A stretch of DNA of 64,000 nucleotides, from positions 71,700 to 135,699 of the forward strand of contig DASZZN010000034.1 of NCBI GenBank assembly GCA_035544955.1. Reading direction: 5' to 3'. Made by a program: the position numbers and the translations under genes. Positions 1 to 10,007 of the stretch are shown piece after piece; position 1 is the first letter of the stretch; each line of letters starts with the position of its first letter. Origin of the DNA: Candidatus Dormiibacterota bacterium (lineage in GTDB: Bacteria; Chloroflexota; Dormibacteria; CF-121). The notes below the pieces were generated by a model. The model had not been told where the DNA came from. It worked only from the letters and a program-made list of their open reading frames with translations, and did not search any database.

Positions 1-264
1 ACACAAGTCTGTACGCACCTCGAGCTAATCCGAAATCCGCGGCCGCACACCAAAGGTTGCGAGGAATGTCTGAAGATGGGTGACACCTGGGTCCACTTGC
101 GGCTGTGCGAGGTCTGCGGCCACGTCGGGTGTTGCGACTCGTCGAAGAACAAGCACGCGACCAAGCACTACCGCGCGACCGACCATCCCATCGTCAAGTC
201 ACTCGAGCCGGGCGAGAACTGGATGTACTGCTACATCGACGACGTGATGTTCGAGGGCGACTAA
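1..264 (+). CDS. UBP-type zinc-finger protein (5' end cut by window edge)
   Basis: Frame 1 is open from base 1. Product reads ..CTHLELIRNPRPHTKGCEECLKMGDTWVHLRLCEVCGHVGCCDSSKNKHATKHYRATDHP.., the Cys/His spacing of zf-UBP proteins. The track ATG at 76 lies inside the conserved domain. Confidence 0.75.
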   Translation, partial: TQVCTHLELIRNPRPHTKGCEECLKMGDTWVHLRLCEVCGHVGCCDSSKNKHATKHYRATDHPIVKSLEPGENWMYCYIDDVMFEGD

Positions 265-941
265 GCCGGGCGCCGGCCGATCAGCATTCCGCGGTCGCCG
301 CGGACGTCGAGCGCGGCTGCCTCAAACCCGGCCTCCTCGAGGAGACGCAGGATGCCCTGCACCGGCAGCGGGCGGTCGCCGTTGACTTCGAGCCAGCCCA
401 GGTAACCTGACCAATCCGGCGGGTTCGGAGCCTGGCCCTGTCGTTCGCGAAGTTCGTAGAACGCTGAATACAGCGTCTCCGAAGGAATCGCCAGGCGGTC
501 GATGATGAAGCACCATCCGTCCGGCGCCAGATGCTCGAATGTCCACCGAACGGCCGTCCGATACTGCGCCTCTTCGAGGTGATGCAGCGACTGCACGGCG
601 ATCACCGCGGAGCAATTCGCGGGCGCATCGACACGATCCAGCGCGGTGAGGTCGCCCTCAGCCAGGTTGACCCGGTCGCCGTAGCGACCGAGTCGGTGCC
701 TCGCGATGCTAAGCATTGCCGCCGACGAGTCGAGGCCAAAGACCCGAGCGCCGTCCGACTTATCGAGCACCATCTGGGCGACGAGGCCGGAGCCACACCC
801 AAGATCCAGAATCCAACCACCCTTAACCTGCTCCAGGATCGCGAGCAAGAGTGCGAGGTGCTCGGCGCGAGCCGGATTGCCCGCGAGGTGGCGGGCGTCC
901 CACGCTTCCGCGAACGCGGGATCGTGCCAGTTCTGGGTCAG
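261..941 (-). CDS. class I SAM-dependent methyltransferase
   Basis: Motif I is ILDLGCGSG. The track start (TTG 848) leaves only 16 aa before motif I. The same frame stays open upstream and reads LTQNWHDPAFAEAWDARHLAGNPARAEHLALL, a methyltransferase-like N-terminus. The only start-like codon there is CTG 941-939. The canonical-start version would be 261..848. Confidence 0.8.
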   Translation of the reverse strand: MTQNWHDPAFAEAWDARHLAGNPARAEHLALLLAILEQVKGGWILDLGCGSGLVAQMVLDKSDGARVFGLDSSAAMLSIARHRLGRYGDRVNLAEGDLTALDRVDAPANCSAVIAVQSLHHLEEAQYRTAVRWTFEHLAPDGWCFIIDRLAIPSETLYSAFYELRERQGQAPNPPDWSGYLGWLEVNGDRPLPVQGILRLLEEAGFEAAALDVRGDRGMLIGRRPA

Positions 942-1549
942 GCGGCGAGGGTCCCTTCCGACTCCGGCGTCTTGATTTCGATCACTTCGCCAAAGCGGTG
1001 GACCGTTTCGATCGCGTCGTAAAGGGGAACCGCCCGCTCCGCCGGAATGATGTCCGTGATCTTCACGTAGTAGCTGCGGCCCTCGGGCCAGACCAGCGTC
1101 GGCACACCGAACACGCCGCGCCGTACCGCCTCTTCGTGCTCGCGGGCCAGCGTCTTGAAGTCGGTGGTCTTGACGTCCATCTCCCAGCGGGCGACATCCA
1201 GACCCGCGCGCTCAGCCGCGACGCGTTGGGTCGCATGGTGATCGACCGGAAGATAGTCCTTGTGCTTGGCACCCTGAAGCGCGAGCCGGAAGCGGTCTCC
1301 CAGCTCGGCGCCCTGCGCGCGGGCGGCGGTGGCAGCCAGGAACGCCGGTAAGCCCTGCGCCATCGGGTCGCGCTCCCAGACCGGCGGCTGGGCATGCCCT
1401 TCATGGGCAGCGTGGTTCTGGCTGAGGGAGAAGAACCGAAACTGGGGCCGGATCCGGCCGGCCTTCTCGACCTCGGCCAGCCACATGGCTCCCCGGTACG
1501 CCCAGGGGCAGAGGAAGTCGATGTAGACGGTGGGTTCGCTGATCGTCAT
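938..1549 (-). CDS. DsbA-family thiol:disulfide oxidoreductase/isomerase-like protein
   Basis: N-terminal 'VYIDFLCPWAYRG' thioredoxin-fold active-site region. Length about 200 aa. 4-nt overlap with the upstream LLM gene. Confidence 0.7.
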   Translation of the reverse strand: MTISEPTVYIDFLCPWAYRGAMWLAEVEKAGRIRPQFRFFSLSQNHAAHEGHAQPPVWERDPMAQGLPAFLAATAARAQGAELGDRFRLALQGAKHKDYLPVDHHATQRVAAERAGLDVARWEMDVKTTDFKTLAREHEEAVRRGVFGVPTLVWPEGRSYYVKITDIIPAERAVPLYDAIETVHRFGEVIEIKTPESEGTLAA

Positions 1550-2529
1550 CCCGTGGTCGAGTGTACCGGGGTCGCCGCCGCCAGCCGCGGAATCACTTCA
1601 CTGTCAAAGCGGTGAAGCGGCTCCTGGTCGTAGGCGACGCCCGGGATATAGATGATGAAATAGTCGATCCCGGCCTCGATCAGGGTTTCCAGGTGCGCCA
1701 CCACCTTGTCGGCGTCGGCCACCAGCGTTCCCTCGCGGAAGGACTCGTCGCCGCGGGCCTTGGCCCTGACCCGCTCGGGGTCCTCGCCCCTGCCGGTGAC
1801 CAGGACTTCGACCTCTGCCGATTTGATGATGTCGTCGTAGTTGCGGCCGGCCCCGTCGCAATGCTCCCGGAGGACGTCGAGCTTGTGCCGGATCGTCTCG
1901 GGGTCTCCGCCGACGTTGCAGGCATCCCCGAACTGCGCCACCAGCTTGAGGGTGACCCGCTCGCCGGACCCACCGATCCACAGGGGTGGGTGCGGCTTCT
2001 GAACGCCCTTCGGCTCGTTGATGGGCCGGTCGATCGTGTAGTACTTCCCCTTGAAGGTGGGATAGTCCTCGGTCCACATCTTGTGGATGATCTCGCAGGC
2101 CTCCTTGAACATTCCCATCCGCTGTTTCAGTTCCGGGAAGCCGTAGCCGTAGGCGCGCCATTCGTGCTCGTACCAGCCGGCGCCGATCCCAGCGTTGAGA
2201 CGCCCGTGGCTGGCGACGTCGACGGTGGAGGCGATCTTTGCGTAGAGCGCCGGGTTGCGATAGCCGTTGCAGCCGACCATCTGGCCGACGCGCACGCGCT
2301 TGGTGTCCCGCACCAGCGTCGAGGTGATCGTCCAGCATTCGAAGGTAGCTTCCAATTTCGGTTCGGGCACGGTATGGAAGTGGTCGTAGACCCAGATCGA
2401 GTCCCATCGGCCCGTGTCTGCGGCCTGGGCCACCCGCGTCATCGCCTCGTACTTCTCGACCGGGTCCTTGATCCGGATCAGGTCTGTGCGCCATCCCTGG
2501 GGCACGAAGACGCCAAATTTGATTGCCAT
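1546..2529 (-). CDS. LLM-class (luciferase-like) F420-dependent oxidoreductase
   Basis: 'MAIKFGVFVPQGW...WDSIWVYDHF...GAGWYEHEW..YG..F' is the typical luciferase-like monooxygenase / F420-dependent family pattern. 327 aa. Confidence 0.85.
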   Translation of the reverse strand: MAIKFGVFVPQGWRTDLIRIKDPVEKYEAMTRVAQAADTGRWDSIWVYDHFHTVPEPKLEATFECWTITSTLVRDTKRVRVGQMVGCNGYRNPALYAKIASTVDVASHGRLNAGIGAGWYEHEWRAYGYGFPELKQRMGMFKEACEIIHKMWTEDYPTFKGKYYTIDRPINEPKGVQKPHPPLWIGGSGERVTLKLVAQFGDACNVGGDPETIRHKLDVLREHCDGAGRNYDDIIKSAEVEVLVTGRGEDPERVRAKARGDESFREGTLVADADKVVAHLETLIEAGIDYFIIYIPGVAYDQEPLHRFDSEVIPRLAAATPVHSTTG

Positions 2530-2580
2530 GCGTCGAGTTTACCGGCGGGCGGAGCCCGTATGCCCCATTAAGCTTCAGCC

Positions 2581-2859
2581 ATGCGGATCGACGTCGCCTG
2601 TACGCCGACGGCCAGCGGGCACCGGTGCGAGGTCGACCTTGTCGACGGCGGCTCCGACACACACCACACCGTCGAGGTGTCGGGGGCCGAGCTTGACCGA
2701 TGGGGGAGGGGACGCTCGGCGGGCGAACTGGTCCGGGATAGTTTCCGATTCCTCCTCGACCGCGAGCCCAAGGAGTCGATTCTCCGCGAGTTCAAGCTCT
2801 CGGTGATCACCCGATACTTTCCGGAGTACGAGACTGCCATCACCCGGGGCCGACCCTGA
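2581..2859 (+). CDS. hypothetical protein (92 aa)
   Basis: Only sizeable ORF in this gap. Coding-like composition. No recognisable motif. Confidence 0.5.
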   Translation: MRIDVACTPTASGHRCEVDLVDGGSDTHHTVEVSGAELDRWGRGRSAGELVRDSFRFLLDREPKESILREFKLSVITRYFPEYETAITRGRP

Positions 2860-2896
2860 ACGCAAGGCCAGCCCCGTCGATGGGTCGACGATCTCC

Positions 2897-3370
2897 TTAG
2901 TTACCTGACTGCCCGCGGTTCAGCTCGAAGATGAAGTGGTACTTAGCGCCGTTGTTGATCGAAATGAGCTTCATCTGCCCGCGCGCCTGGCTGTAAATGC
3001 CGGTGCCTCCGGTTATCGACAGCACGGTATCCGAGGTGTCGTTGAAGGGCCCCTCGACCGTGATCTGGCCGCCGGCCAGGAACGTCGTCCAGCGGCACTC
3101 CCAGGTGCCCGCCGATCCGCTTTCAATCCTGGTGCAGTCGCCGCGGTCGCTCCCAACCTTGACCTTATCGGTCTTGTCGTAGATCGGGTTATGGAACGTG
3201 AGAATGCTCCCCGGGTGATCGCTGCCATCAAAGACGGCGTCGGTGACGGCGTGCTCGATGACGTGAACGGTCGATCGGGACGACTCGGACGCGGACACCG
3301 TCCCCGACAGTGCGAGTGCCAACGACGCCACCATGACGACCGCTAAACCCAGCCTGAAGTTCCGTTGCAT
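2897..3370 (-). CDS. secreted protein, allene-oxide-cyclase/dirigent-like beta-barrel
   Basis: Signal peptide MQRNFRLGLAVVMVASLALALSGTVSA. 'GGQITVEGPF....LSITGGTGIYSQARGQMKL' resembles the AOC-barrel/dirigent motif. Confidence 0.6.
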   Translation of the reverse strand: MQRNFRLGLAVVMVASLALALSGTVSASESSRSTVHVIEHAVTDAVFDGSDHPGSILTFHNPIYDKTDKVKVGSDRGDCTRIESGSAGTWECRWTTFLAGGQITVEGPFNDTSDTVLSITGGTGIYSQARGQMKLISINNGAKYHFIFELNRGQSGN

Positions 3371-3551
3371 GAATCCCTCCTTCTTTTCCCCGAAGCCCGT
3401 ACGCGATCTTTACCGGTCATTGATAAGACCGTGCGAGAAGGCTACATCGGCCTCCCTGGCCTGTCAACGAGGCCCCAATTCGCCTGGTAGCTCGTCCCAA
3501 TCAAGATTCATCTGAGCGGGCCGGCATAGCCTCGCCGTATAAAAGAGGTCA

Positions 3552-3932
3552 ATGGCAGTTCGTCAACCGCTTGACGACAAGGTCCGCGACGCCCTCTCCC
3601 GACCGCTGACGGTCGTCGACATCTCGACGACCGGCCGGAAGAGCGGGCAGGAGCGCCGGCTCGAGATCGTCTTGCACAACATCGGCGGCCGGCTCTACAT
3701 CAGCGGCCAACCCTCCCGCACGCGCCGCAGCTGGCTGGCCAACTTGGACGCGAATCCGAAGTTCACGCTCCACGTCAAACGCGGGGCTCGTGCCGACCTC
3801 CCCGCGACTGCCCGCGAAATCACGGACCCAAAGGAGCGCCGCGAGATTCTCGAGGAAGTGGCAAAGCACTGGAAGCGGGACGACGTCGACACCATGCTCG
3901 AGTTCAGCCCGTTGATCGAGGTAACGGTCTAA
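3552..3932 (+). CDS. deazaflavin (F420)-dependent nitroreductase family protein (DDN-like)
   Basis: 'TTGRKSGQERRLEIVLHNIGGRLYISG...RSWLANLDANPKFTLHV...A.ATAREI' pattern of the split-barrel DDN family. 126 aa. Confidence 0.75.
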   Translation: MAVRQPLDDKVRDALSRPLTVVDISTTGRKSGQERRLEIVLHNIGGRLYISGQPSRTRRSWLANLDANPKFTLHVKRGARADLPATAREITDPKERREILEEVAKHWKRDDVDTMLEFSPLIEVTV

Positions 3933-3953
3933 GCCCGGCGCGACTACTCGGAC

Positions 3954-5399
3954 TTAGTCGATCGCGGTCATGACGTGCTTGATGTTCGTGTACTCCTCGA
4001 GTGAGTACATCGACAGGTCCTTGCCGTAGCCGCTCTGCTTGTAGCCGCCGTGGGGCATCTCGCTGACCAGCGGGATGTGGGTATTGATCCACACCGTGCC
4101 GAACTGCAGGCGGCGCGCGGCGTTCATCGCGCGGCCGATGTCGCGAGTCCAGACTGACGCCGCCAGCCCGTAGTCGACGTCGTTGGCCCAGGCGATTGCC
4201 TCGTCATCATCCTTGAATCGCTGCACGGTGACCACCGGGCCGAAGACTTCTTTCTTGACGATCTCGGAGTCCTGCTGGACGTCGGTAACCAGGCTCGGCT
4301 GGTAGAAGTAGCCGCGGCCGGGGATGGGCGCACCACCGACCAGGACTTTGGCCCCATGTTCGCGAGCTCGGTCGACGAACCCCTCGACGCGCTCGAGCTG
4401 TTCCCTGGCGACCATCGGGCCCATGTCGACACCTTCCTCGAGCGGGTTGCCCACCTTGACCGACTGAACGCTCTTCGTCAGCGAGGCGAGCAGGTTGTCG
4501 TAGATCTTCGGGCCGGCAATGACGCGGGTAGCCGCCGTGCAGTCCTGCCCGGAGTTGAAAAAGCCGGCGATCTTCACCCAGGTGTTGACCGCCTCCAGGT
4601 CGGCGTCATCGAAGACGACGACCGGCGCTTTTCCGCCGAGCTCGAGGTGCACGCGCTTCAAGGTCTGCGAGGCCGCTCTCGCCACTTCTTTGCCGGTTGC
4701 GACATCGCCGGTCAACGACACCATGTTGACGCCGGGATGGCGGACGATCCCCGCTCCCACTGGCTCGCCGTCACCGGTGATGACGTTGAAGACGCCGGGT
4801 GGAAAGATATCCGCCGCCAGCTCGGCCATCCGCAACGCCGTCAGCGGCGTCCACTCGGACGGCTTGAGGATCACGCAGTTGCCCGCGGCCAGGGCGGGGG
4901 CGACCTTCCAGATCGCCATCATCAGCGGGTAGTTCCAGGGGGCGATCGAGCCAACCACGCCGATGGGCTCCCGTCGGATCATGCTGGTGTAACCGCGCAT
5001 GTACTCGCCGGCCGCCCGACCTTCGAGCGTGCGGGCGGCGCCGGCGAAGAACCGCAGGTTGTCCACGCAGGGTGGGATCTCTTCCGAGAGGAAGAGGGCG
5101 CGCGGCTTGCCCACGTTCGCCGATTCGATGCTCGCCATCTCCTCGGCGTCGGCGAGAATCGCATCCGCCAGCTTGAGCAGCATCTCGCTGCGCTCCTTGG
5201 GGACGGTCTCGAACCAGTCCACGTAGGCCGTGCGAGCAGCCTTGACGGCGCGGTCAACGTCCTCCTGGGTACCCTTCGGCACCTCGGCCATGACCTCGCC
5301 GGTCGCCGGGTTGATGATCTGCTGCGACTCATTGCCGGAGCCGTCAACCCACTCGCCGCCGATGAACATCTGACGGCGCTTTAGTGCCGTTGTTGCCAT
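3954..5399 (-). CDS. NAD(P)-dependent aldehyde dehydrogenase (aminobutyraldehyde/betaine-aldehyde type)
   Basis: ALDH hallmarks: 'PWNYPL', 'ELGGKAP', '[11 protein letters not shown]'. Start moved to ATG 5399, which has GAGGAGG 12 nt upstream. The track start at 5426 contains that RBS. Confidence 0.9.
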   Translation of the reverse strand: MATTALKRRQMFIGGEWVDGSGNESQQIINPATGEVMAEVPKGTQEDVDRAVKAARTAYVDWFETVPKERSEMLLKLADAILADAEEMASIESANVGKPRALFLSEEIPPCVDNLRFFAGAARTLEGRAAGEYMRGYTSMIRREPIGVVGSIAPWNYPLMMAIWKVAPALAAGNCVILKPSEWTPLTALRMAELAADIFPPGVFNVITGDGEPVGAGIVRHPGVNMVSLTGDVATGKEVARAASQTLKRVHLELGGKAPVVVFDDADLEAVNTWVKIAGFFNSGQDCTAATRVIAGPKIYDNLLASLTKSVQSVKVGNPLEEGVDMGPMVAREQLERVEGFVDRAREHGAKVLVGGAPIPGRGYFYQPSLVTDVQQDSEIVKKEVFGPVVTVQRFKDDDEAIAWANDVDYGLAASVWTRDIGRAMNAARRLQFGTVWINTHIPLVSEMPHGGYKQSGYGKDLSMYSLEEYTNIKHVMTAID

Positions 5400-5450
5400 G
5401 ACGCTCTCAACCTCCTCTCGCACCACCGCCTGTTGACGAAAGCTTCCGAC

Positions 5451-7001
5451 TCAGCTGACCCGCTCCGCATCCGCCGCCGGCACATTGGAGAAGGCATCCG
5501 GCGCCGCTTCCATCCGCGCCAACCGATAGAAGGGTGAATGCCGGCGAGCCACTGAGTAGATCAGCGCCACGACAGCGGCGACCATGACTAATACGGGGAC
5601 GGCCACCACGAATTTTCCGTTCGTGGCGTTGACCTCGAATTTATCGGTCTGCGTCCAGTAGTAGTAGATCAGGTAGCCGCCAAGCACGAAGAGAGCGATC
5701 GCCGAAAGGGCTGGCACGATGCCGGCAAAGATCAGGCCCTTTGCGCTATGCCTCAGGGCGCGACGGTAGTAGACGACGCAGGCGACGGCCGCAAGGCCGT
5801 AGTAGACGGAGACCAACAGTCCGAGCCCGGTCACGCCGGCCGCGACGATTGCGTTGAGGGCGCCGATGGCGGGCGAAAGGAGCGCAACCACGCCTGCAAT
5901 GGTCGCCAGAATGAGCGTACCGACGGCCGGTGTGCGCCAGGTCGGATGGACACGCGCCCAGATCCCGCCTAGCACGCCGTCGCGGCCCATCGAGAAGGCC
6001 GTCCGCGCGCTGGGCAGCAAGGTGGTCTGCACGGTGGCCACCGTCGAGGAAAGGAAGGCAAGGATGGCGAGCGATGCCCATGGATCGCCTACGAGCTTCT
6101 TGGCAAAGGCGCTCAGCGTCGTGGCGCTGTTCGCCTGGATCTCCGCGGGGGTAAGCACCATCTGAATCGAGATGGCGGCCACGAGGAAGATGAAGAGCAA
6201 GGCGATCATCCCAAGCATGCCGGCACGCCCGGGGTTCTCACGGCCGTCGGTTGTCTCCTCATTGAGGTTGGCGGCGGTGTCCCACCCCCAGTAGAAGAAA
6301 ACCGAGATCACGACACCGGCGGCCAGCGCGCCGACCGAACCGAAGGAGCGCGGGTCGAGCCAACTGAGGGAAAAGGTGGAGCCGCCTCCGTGGAAGTAAC
6401 CGACGATGGCGAAGCCGAGGACGATGAAGTACTCGAGCCCGAGTAGTACGTACTGGAATCTGGCAGCGACGCGGATTCCAACCATAACCATATACGTCAC
6501 GAAGGCCAACCAGAGCACGCCGATGACCACCGCGGCCCCCTGGCTCGCCACGGAAGTGGTGTCGAGGTTGAGCGGCCCGATACCCGTCAGGTTGAAGGCG
6601 TTGAATAACTGCAACGTCGCCTGCCCCGCTTGAGGCGCCGCGAACGAAAGGAAGATGAGGCTTGCCGCGATCTGTACAAAGCCACTAAAAAACCCGAGCT
6701 TCGGATTCACGAATTTGCCCACCCAGCTGTAGGAGGCGCCGCAGTTGGGATCGACGCGGTTCAAGTAGTAGTACGCAATCGCCACGCCCATGACCGGCAG
6801 AAACCCGACCCAGATGGCAGCCGGGGCAGCCAGGGCGACGGCGAGCGCCAGCGCACCGATAGCCGTGGCGACGCTGTAGGCGGGTGCCGTGCTGGAAACG
6901 GCGATGACCACGGTGTCGAGCAGCTTGAGCGCTCCGCGTTTGAGTTCGGGAGTCTCCGCTCGAACCGCTGGTCGTTCGATCGTTGGTGTGCGGCTAGACA
7001 T
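5451..7001 (-). CDS. APC-family amino acid/polyamine permease
   Basis: 516 aa with about 12 predicted TM segments. N-terminal 'LKRGALKLLDTVVIAVSSTAPAYS' is typical of APC transporters. Confidence 0.85.
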   Translation of the reverse strand: MSSRTPTIERPAVRAETPELKRGALKLLDTVVIAVSSTAPAYSVATAIGALALAVALAAPAAIWVGFLPVMGVAIAYYYLNRVDPNCGASYSWVGKFVNPKLGFFSGFVQIAASLIFLSFAAPQAGQATLQLFNAFNLTGIGPLNLDTTSVASQGAAVVIGVLWLAFVTYMVMVGIRVAARFQYVLLGLEYFIVLGFAIVGYFHGGGSTFSLSWLDPRSFGSVGALAAGVVISVFFYWGWDTAANLNEETTDGRENPGRAGMLGMIALLFIFLVAAISIQMVLTPAEIQANSATTLSAFAKKLVGDPWASLAILAFLSSTVATVQTTLLPSARTAFSMGRDGVLGGIWARVHPTWRTPAVGTLILATIAGVVALLSPAIGALNAIVAAGVTGLGLLVSVYYGLAAVACVVYYRRALRHSAKGLIFAGIVPALSAIALFVLGGYLIYYYWTQTDKFEVNATNGKFVVAVPVLVMVAAVVALIYSVARRHSPFYRLARMEAAPDAFSNVPAADAERVS

Positions 7002-7135
7002 GCTTGCCCTCTCCTTAATCGATGATTACAACCGCGAACGGCGCCCGTACGTCTCCCGGCCTCGCGGCGAACCAAGCATGGCGGCTCCGATGATCGCCGT
7101 CAAGAGCCATCGGTCGAGTGCTTATCATGCGGGTG

Positions 7136-8455
7136 ATGGCCGATTGGCCCGGGCCTCGATCGCGGGAACTCCAGGCTGAGCGAGACCGCTACGTGCCCCG
7201 TGGGATGGCGTCAACCATGCCCGTCTTCGCGGCTGCCGGAAGCGGCGCCAGCCTGACCGACGTCGACGGGAACCGGTACATCGACTTCGCCACCGGCATC
7301 AGCGTGCTGAACGTCGGCCATGGCCACCCCCGCGTCGTCGCGGCCATCCGCGAGCAAGCCGAGCGACTGGTCCACTCCGGCGGGCCCGTGATGATGCCCG
7401 AGGTCTATGTGCGCCTTGCCCAGAGGCTCTGTGAGATCACGCCCGGCGCTTTTCCTAAGAAGGCCCTCATGCTCAACAGCGGAGCGGAAGCGGTCGAGAA
7501 CGCCGTCAAAGTGGTGCGCCAGGCGACCGGGCGCCCGGCCGTGATCAGTTTTCACAATGCCTTTCACGGCCGCACCCTGATGTCGATGACGCTCACCGGA
7601 AAGGTTGCGCCCTACAAGCAGAATTTCGGCCCGTACGCGCCCGAGGTCTATCAGGTGTCCTATCCCTACGAGTACCGACGTCCCGCCGGCATGGCCGCCG
7701 AGAGCCTGGGAGGCGCCTGCGTCGAGGCCGTACGCCAGCTGTTCAAAACGACCGTGAGTGCCGATCGGGTCGCCGGCATCATCGTCGAGCCGGTGCAAGG
7801 CGAAGGCGGCTTCGTGGTGCCGCCGCCGGATTTCCTGCCAGCCCTTCGCAAGCTCTGCAGCGAGTACCAGATCCCGCTGATCGCGGACGAAGTGCAGACC
7901 GGCTTCGGTCGCACCGGAAAGATGTTCGCGGTCGAGCATTCCGGCGTCGAGCCGGATCTCATCGTCCTCGCCAAGTCACTGGGCGGCGGGCTGCCGCTTG
8001 GTGCCGTCGTCGGGCGCAGCGAGCTGATGGATGCCACCAACCCGGGCGGGTTGGGTGGGACGTTCGGCGGCAATCCCCTGGCGTGCGCCGCGGCCCTGGC
8101 GGTCATCGACGTCGTCATGGAGGAGAACCTTCCCGAACGCGGCAACCGGCTCGGCGATCGTGCGCTGGCACGGATGCGCGCCTGGAGGGACCGTCATCCG
8201 CAGCTCGGTGACGTCCGAGGGCTCGGTGCCATGATCGCGATGGAGCTGGTCACCGACCGTGCAACCCGCGAACCGGCGGGGGCGCTGACCAATGAGGTGC
8301 TGCGCTACTGCCACGCGCACGGCCTCGTCCTGCTGAAGGCCGGCCTTTACGACAATGTCATCCGCTTGTTGTTTCCGCTGACGATCAGCGAGCAAGAACT
8401 CGATCGCGGTCTCGACATCCTCGAAGAGGCGCTCAATCAACTCAATAGGGTGTGA
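7136..8455 (+). CDS. gabT: 4-aminobutyrate--2-oxoglutarate transaminase (class III PLP aminotransferase)
   Basis: 'DVDGNRYIDFATGISVLNVGH', 'DEVQTGFGRTG', 'AKSLGGGLPLGAV' (PLP-Lys). Start is ambiguous (GTG 7118 to ATG 7136). Confidence 0.85.
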   Translation: MADWPGPRSRELQAERDRYVPRGMASTMPVFAAAGSGASLTDVDGNRYIDFATGISVLNVGHGHPRVVAAIREQAERLVHSGGPVMMPEVYVRLAQRLCEITPGAFPKKALMLNSGAEAVENAVKVVRQATGRPAVISFHNAFHGRTLMSMTLTGKVAPYKQNFGPYAPEVYQVSYPYEYRRPAGMAAESLGGACVEAVRQLFKTTVSADRVAGIIVEPVQGEGGFVVPPPDFLPALRKLCSEYQIPLIADEVQTGFGRTGKMFAVEHSGVEPDLIVLAKSLGGGLPLGAVVGRSELMDATNPGGLGGTFGGNPLACAAALAVIDVVMEENLPERGNRLGDRALARMRAWRDRHPQLGDVRGLGAMIAMELVTDRATREPAGALTNEVLRYCHAHGLVLLKAGLYDNVIRLLFPLTISEQELDRGLDILEEALNQLNRV

Positions 8456-8461
8456 GGGAAC

Positions 8462-8971
8462 ATGAAACGACCCGCGCTTTCGATCGCGCTCGCTCTCGGT
8501 GCAACCCTGGTCATGACCGTGACCGCGGCCGCCAGCAGCGCCTACACCGAGTGGATCCACGGCACAGAGTTGCCGAATGCCACGCCAACCGAGGGCCAGT
8601 TCGTCGGCGAGGCCACCGGAAGTTTCGCCGGAGCCTGGTACATCGATGTCCGGCATCAAGTCCTCACGACTCATCCCGTCTCGATCACCGGCGGTAGTTT
8701 TCGAATCAACACGGTGATCAACGGATGGCCGGACGAGATCCGGGGCTCGTTCAAACCCTGGTCAGGGACCGTCACCCAGATCAGGGGATTTACCGGTTGC
8801 ACCAATCAGCAATATGCCGTCACGGGCCAGCTGGTCGGTGTCGGCGTCGACGGCGGAACCGGCACGGGAACATTCAGGGCGACGCTCACGCACTATCGCG
8901 CCAATATCTGGTTTGTCGGCTGCGTCGTCTACAGCGCATCCATCAGTGGCTCGGTCTCACTGAACTTCTAG
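8462..8971 (+). CDS. secreted hypothetical protein
   Basis: RBS GAGGGA upstream. Signal peptide MKRPALSIALALGATLVMTVTAAASSA. Gly/Thr-rich beta-type sequence. Confidence 0.6.
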   Translation: MKRPALSIALALGATLVMTVTAAASSAYTEWIHGTELPNATPTEGQFVGEATGSFAGAWYIDVRHQVLTTHPVSITGGSFRINTVINGWPDEIRGSFKPWSGTVTQIRGFTGCTNQQYAVTGQLVGVGVDGGTGTGTFRATLTHYRANIWFVGCVVYSASISGSVSLNF

Positions 8972-8984
8972 GTAGTGTGAGGGG

Positions 8985-9965
8985 GTGCCCGGCACCCCCT
9001 TTTCGATCCGGCCCGTCAAGACGGAAGAGTTGAAGCCCTGGCTCGACCTTGCCAACCAGTTCCGGCACTGGCAGGAGGATGTCCCGGGGTTTCTCTTCGA
9101 AGAGACCTTGCGCCCGGTGGATGAGCCACGGCTGAGGCTTGGTGCATGGACGACCGAGGGCGTGCTGGCGGGGACGGCGGAGGCTGCCGTCGGTGAGGAT
9201 GGGGAGCGGTGGATCGATCGCTCCCGCGGATTCGTCGTGGTGGCTCCGGCGTACCGGCGGCAAGGGTTGGGTGCCCGCTTGGCCGACGAGGTCGAGCGCT
9301 TCGCGGCGAGAGCCGCCGTCAGATGGCTGGAAACCGAAACGCGCGAGCCGGAGCTCGCGGCAGCTCGACCGCTTCTCCAGAAGCGCGGCTTTAAGGAGCT
9401 CGAGCGCTACCAGACATCGCGCCAGAAGCCGAGCACCGTGGATCTCCGCACCCTCGACCAGCTCCGGAGCCGCCTGCGCGCCGGGGGCATCGAGACCGTT
9501 GCGCTTCCAGATATCGACGGCCAGCACACTCGTCAAGAGCTCTATCGGTGCAACACCGCCATCTGGCGTGACATGCCGCACGAGGCGCACGTCGATTGGG
9601 AGGATCCTCCGTTGGAGACGTTCACGCGAAGCATCTTCGAGCGCCCCTCCGTTCTGCTCGAGAGCTTCTTTGTGGCCCGTGACGGTGATCACATCGTCGG
9701 TTTGAGCTATCTTCTTCGCCGCCCCGATGGCGATGCCGAGGTCGGCGACACCGGCGTGCTTCGCAGTCATCGCCGGCGTGGGATCGCGCGGGTATTGAAG
9801 CTGCTGGTGACCAGCTACGCGGCGCAGCACGGGATCTCCTCCGTGCACACCGACAACCGCGCCGATAACGCGGGCATGCTGGCGATCAACCGCGAACTCG
9901 GGTTCAAACCGGGCGAGGTGATGGTCGTCCTGGAGAAGACGATGACGGCGGTGCCCGCAATCTGA
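8985..9965 (+). CDS. GNAT-family N-acetyltransferase (two acetyltransferase-like halves)
   Basis: Two 'V.P..RRQG(L/I)G..L' acetyl-CoA-binding motifs: VAPAYRRQGLGARL and VLRSHRRRGIARVL. Confidence 0.7.
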   Translation: MPGTPFSIRPVKTEELKPWLDLANQFRHWQEDVPGFLFEETLRPVDEPRLRLGAWTTEGVLAGTAEAAVGEDGERWIDRSRGFVVVAPAYRRQGLGARLADEVERFAARAAVRWLETETREPELAAARPLLQKRGFKELERYQTSRQKPSTVDLRTLDQLRSRLRAGGIETVALPDIDGQHTRQELYRCNTAIWRDMPHEAHVDWEDPPLETFTRSIFERPSVLLESFFVARDGDHIVGLSYLLRRPDGDAEVGDTGVLRSHRRRGIARVLKLLVTSYAAQHGISSVHTDNRADNAGMLAINRELGFKPGEVMVVLEKTMTAVPAI

Positions 9966-9984
9966 ATTCCGAGGACAAACAGAA

Positions 9985-10007
9985 GCAGCAGCGATAATGG
10001 CTGCTGC
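9985..10007 (+). promoter_or_regulatory. perfect 8-bp hairpin abutting the ABC ATPase start codon
   Basis: GCAGCAGC[GATAATG]GCTGCTGC ends one base before ATG 10008. The nearest SD-like GAGGA (9971) lies upstream of the hairpin. Confidence 0.3.

Noticed and set aside
1561-2662. 336-aa (+) and 352-aa (-) ORFs overlapping the LLM oxidoreductase gene
   Set aside because: These are alternative frames of a gene with a clear luciferase-like product. Their translations are Arg/Pro/Gly-rich nonsense.
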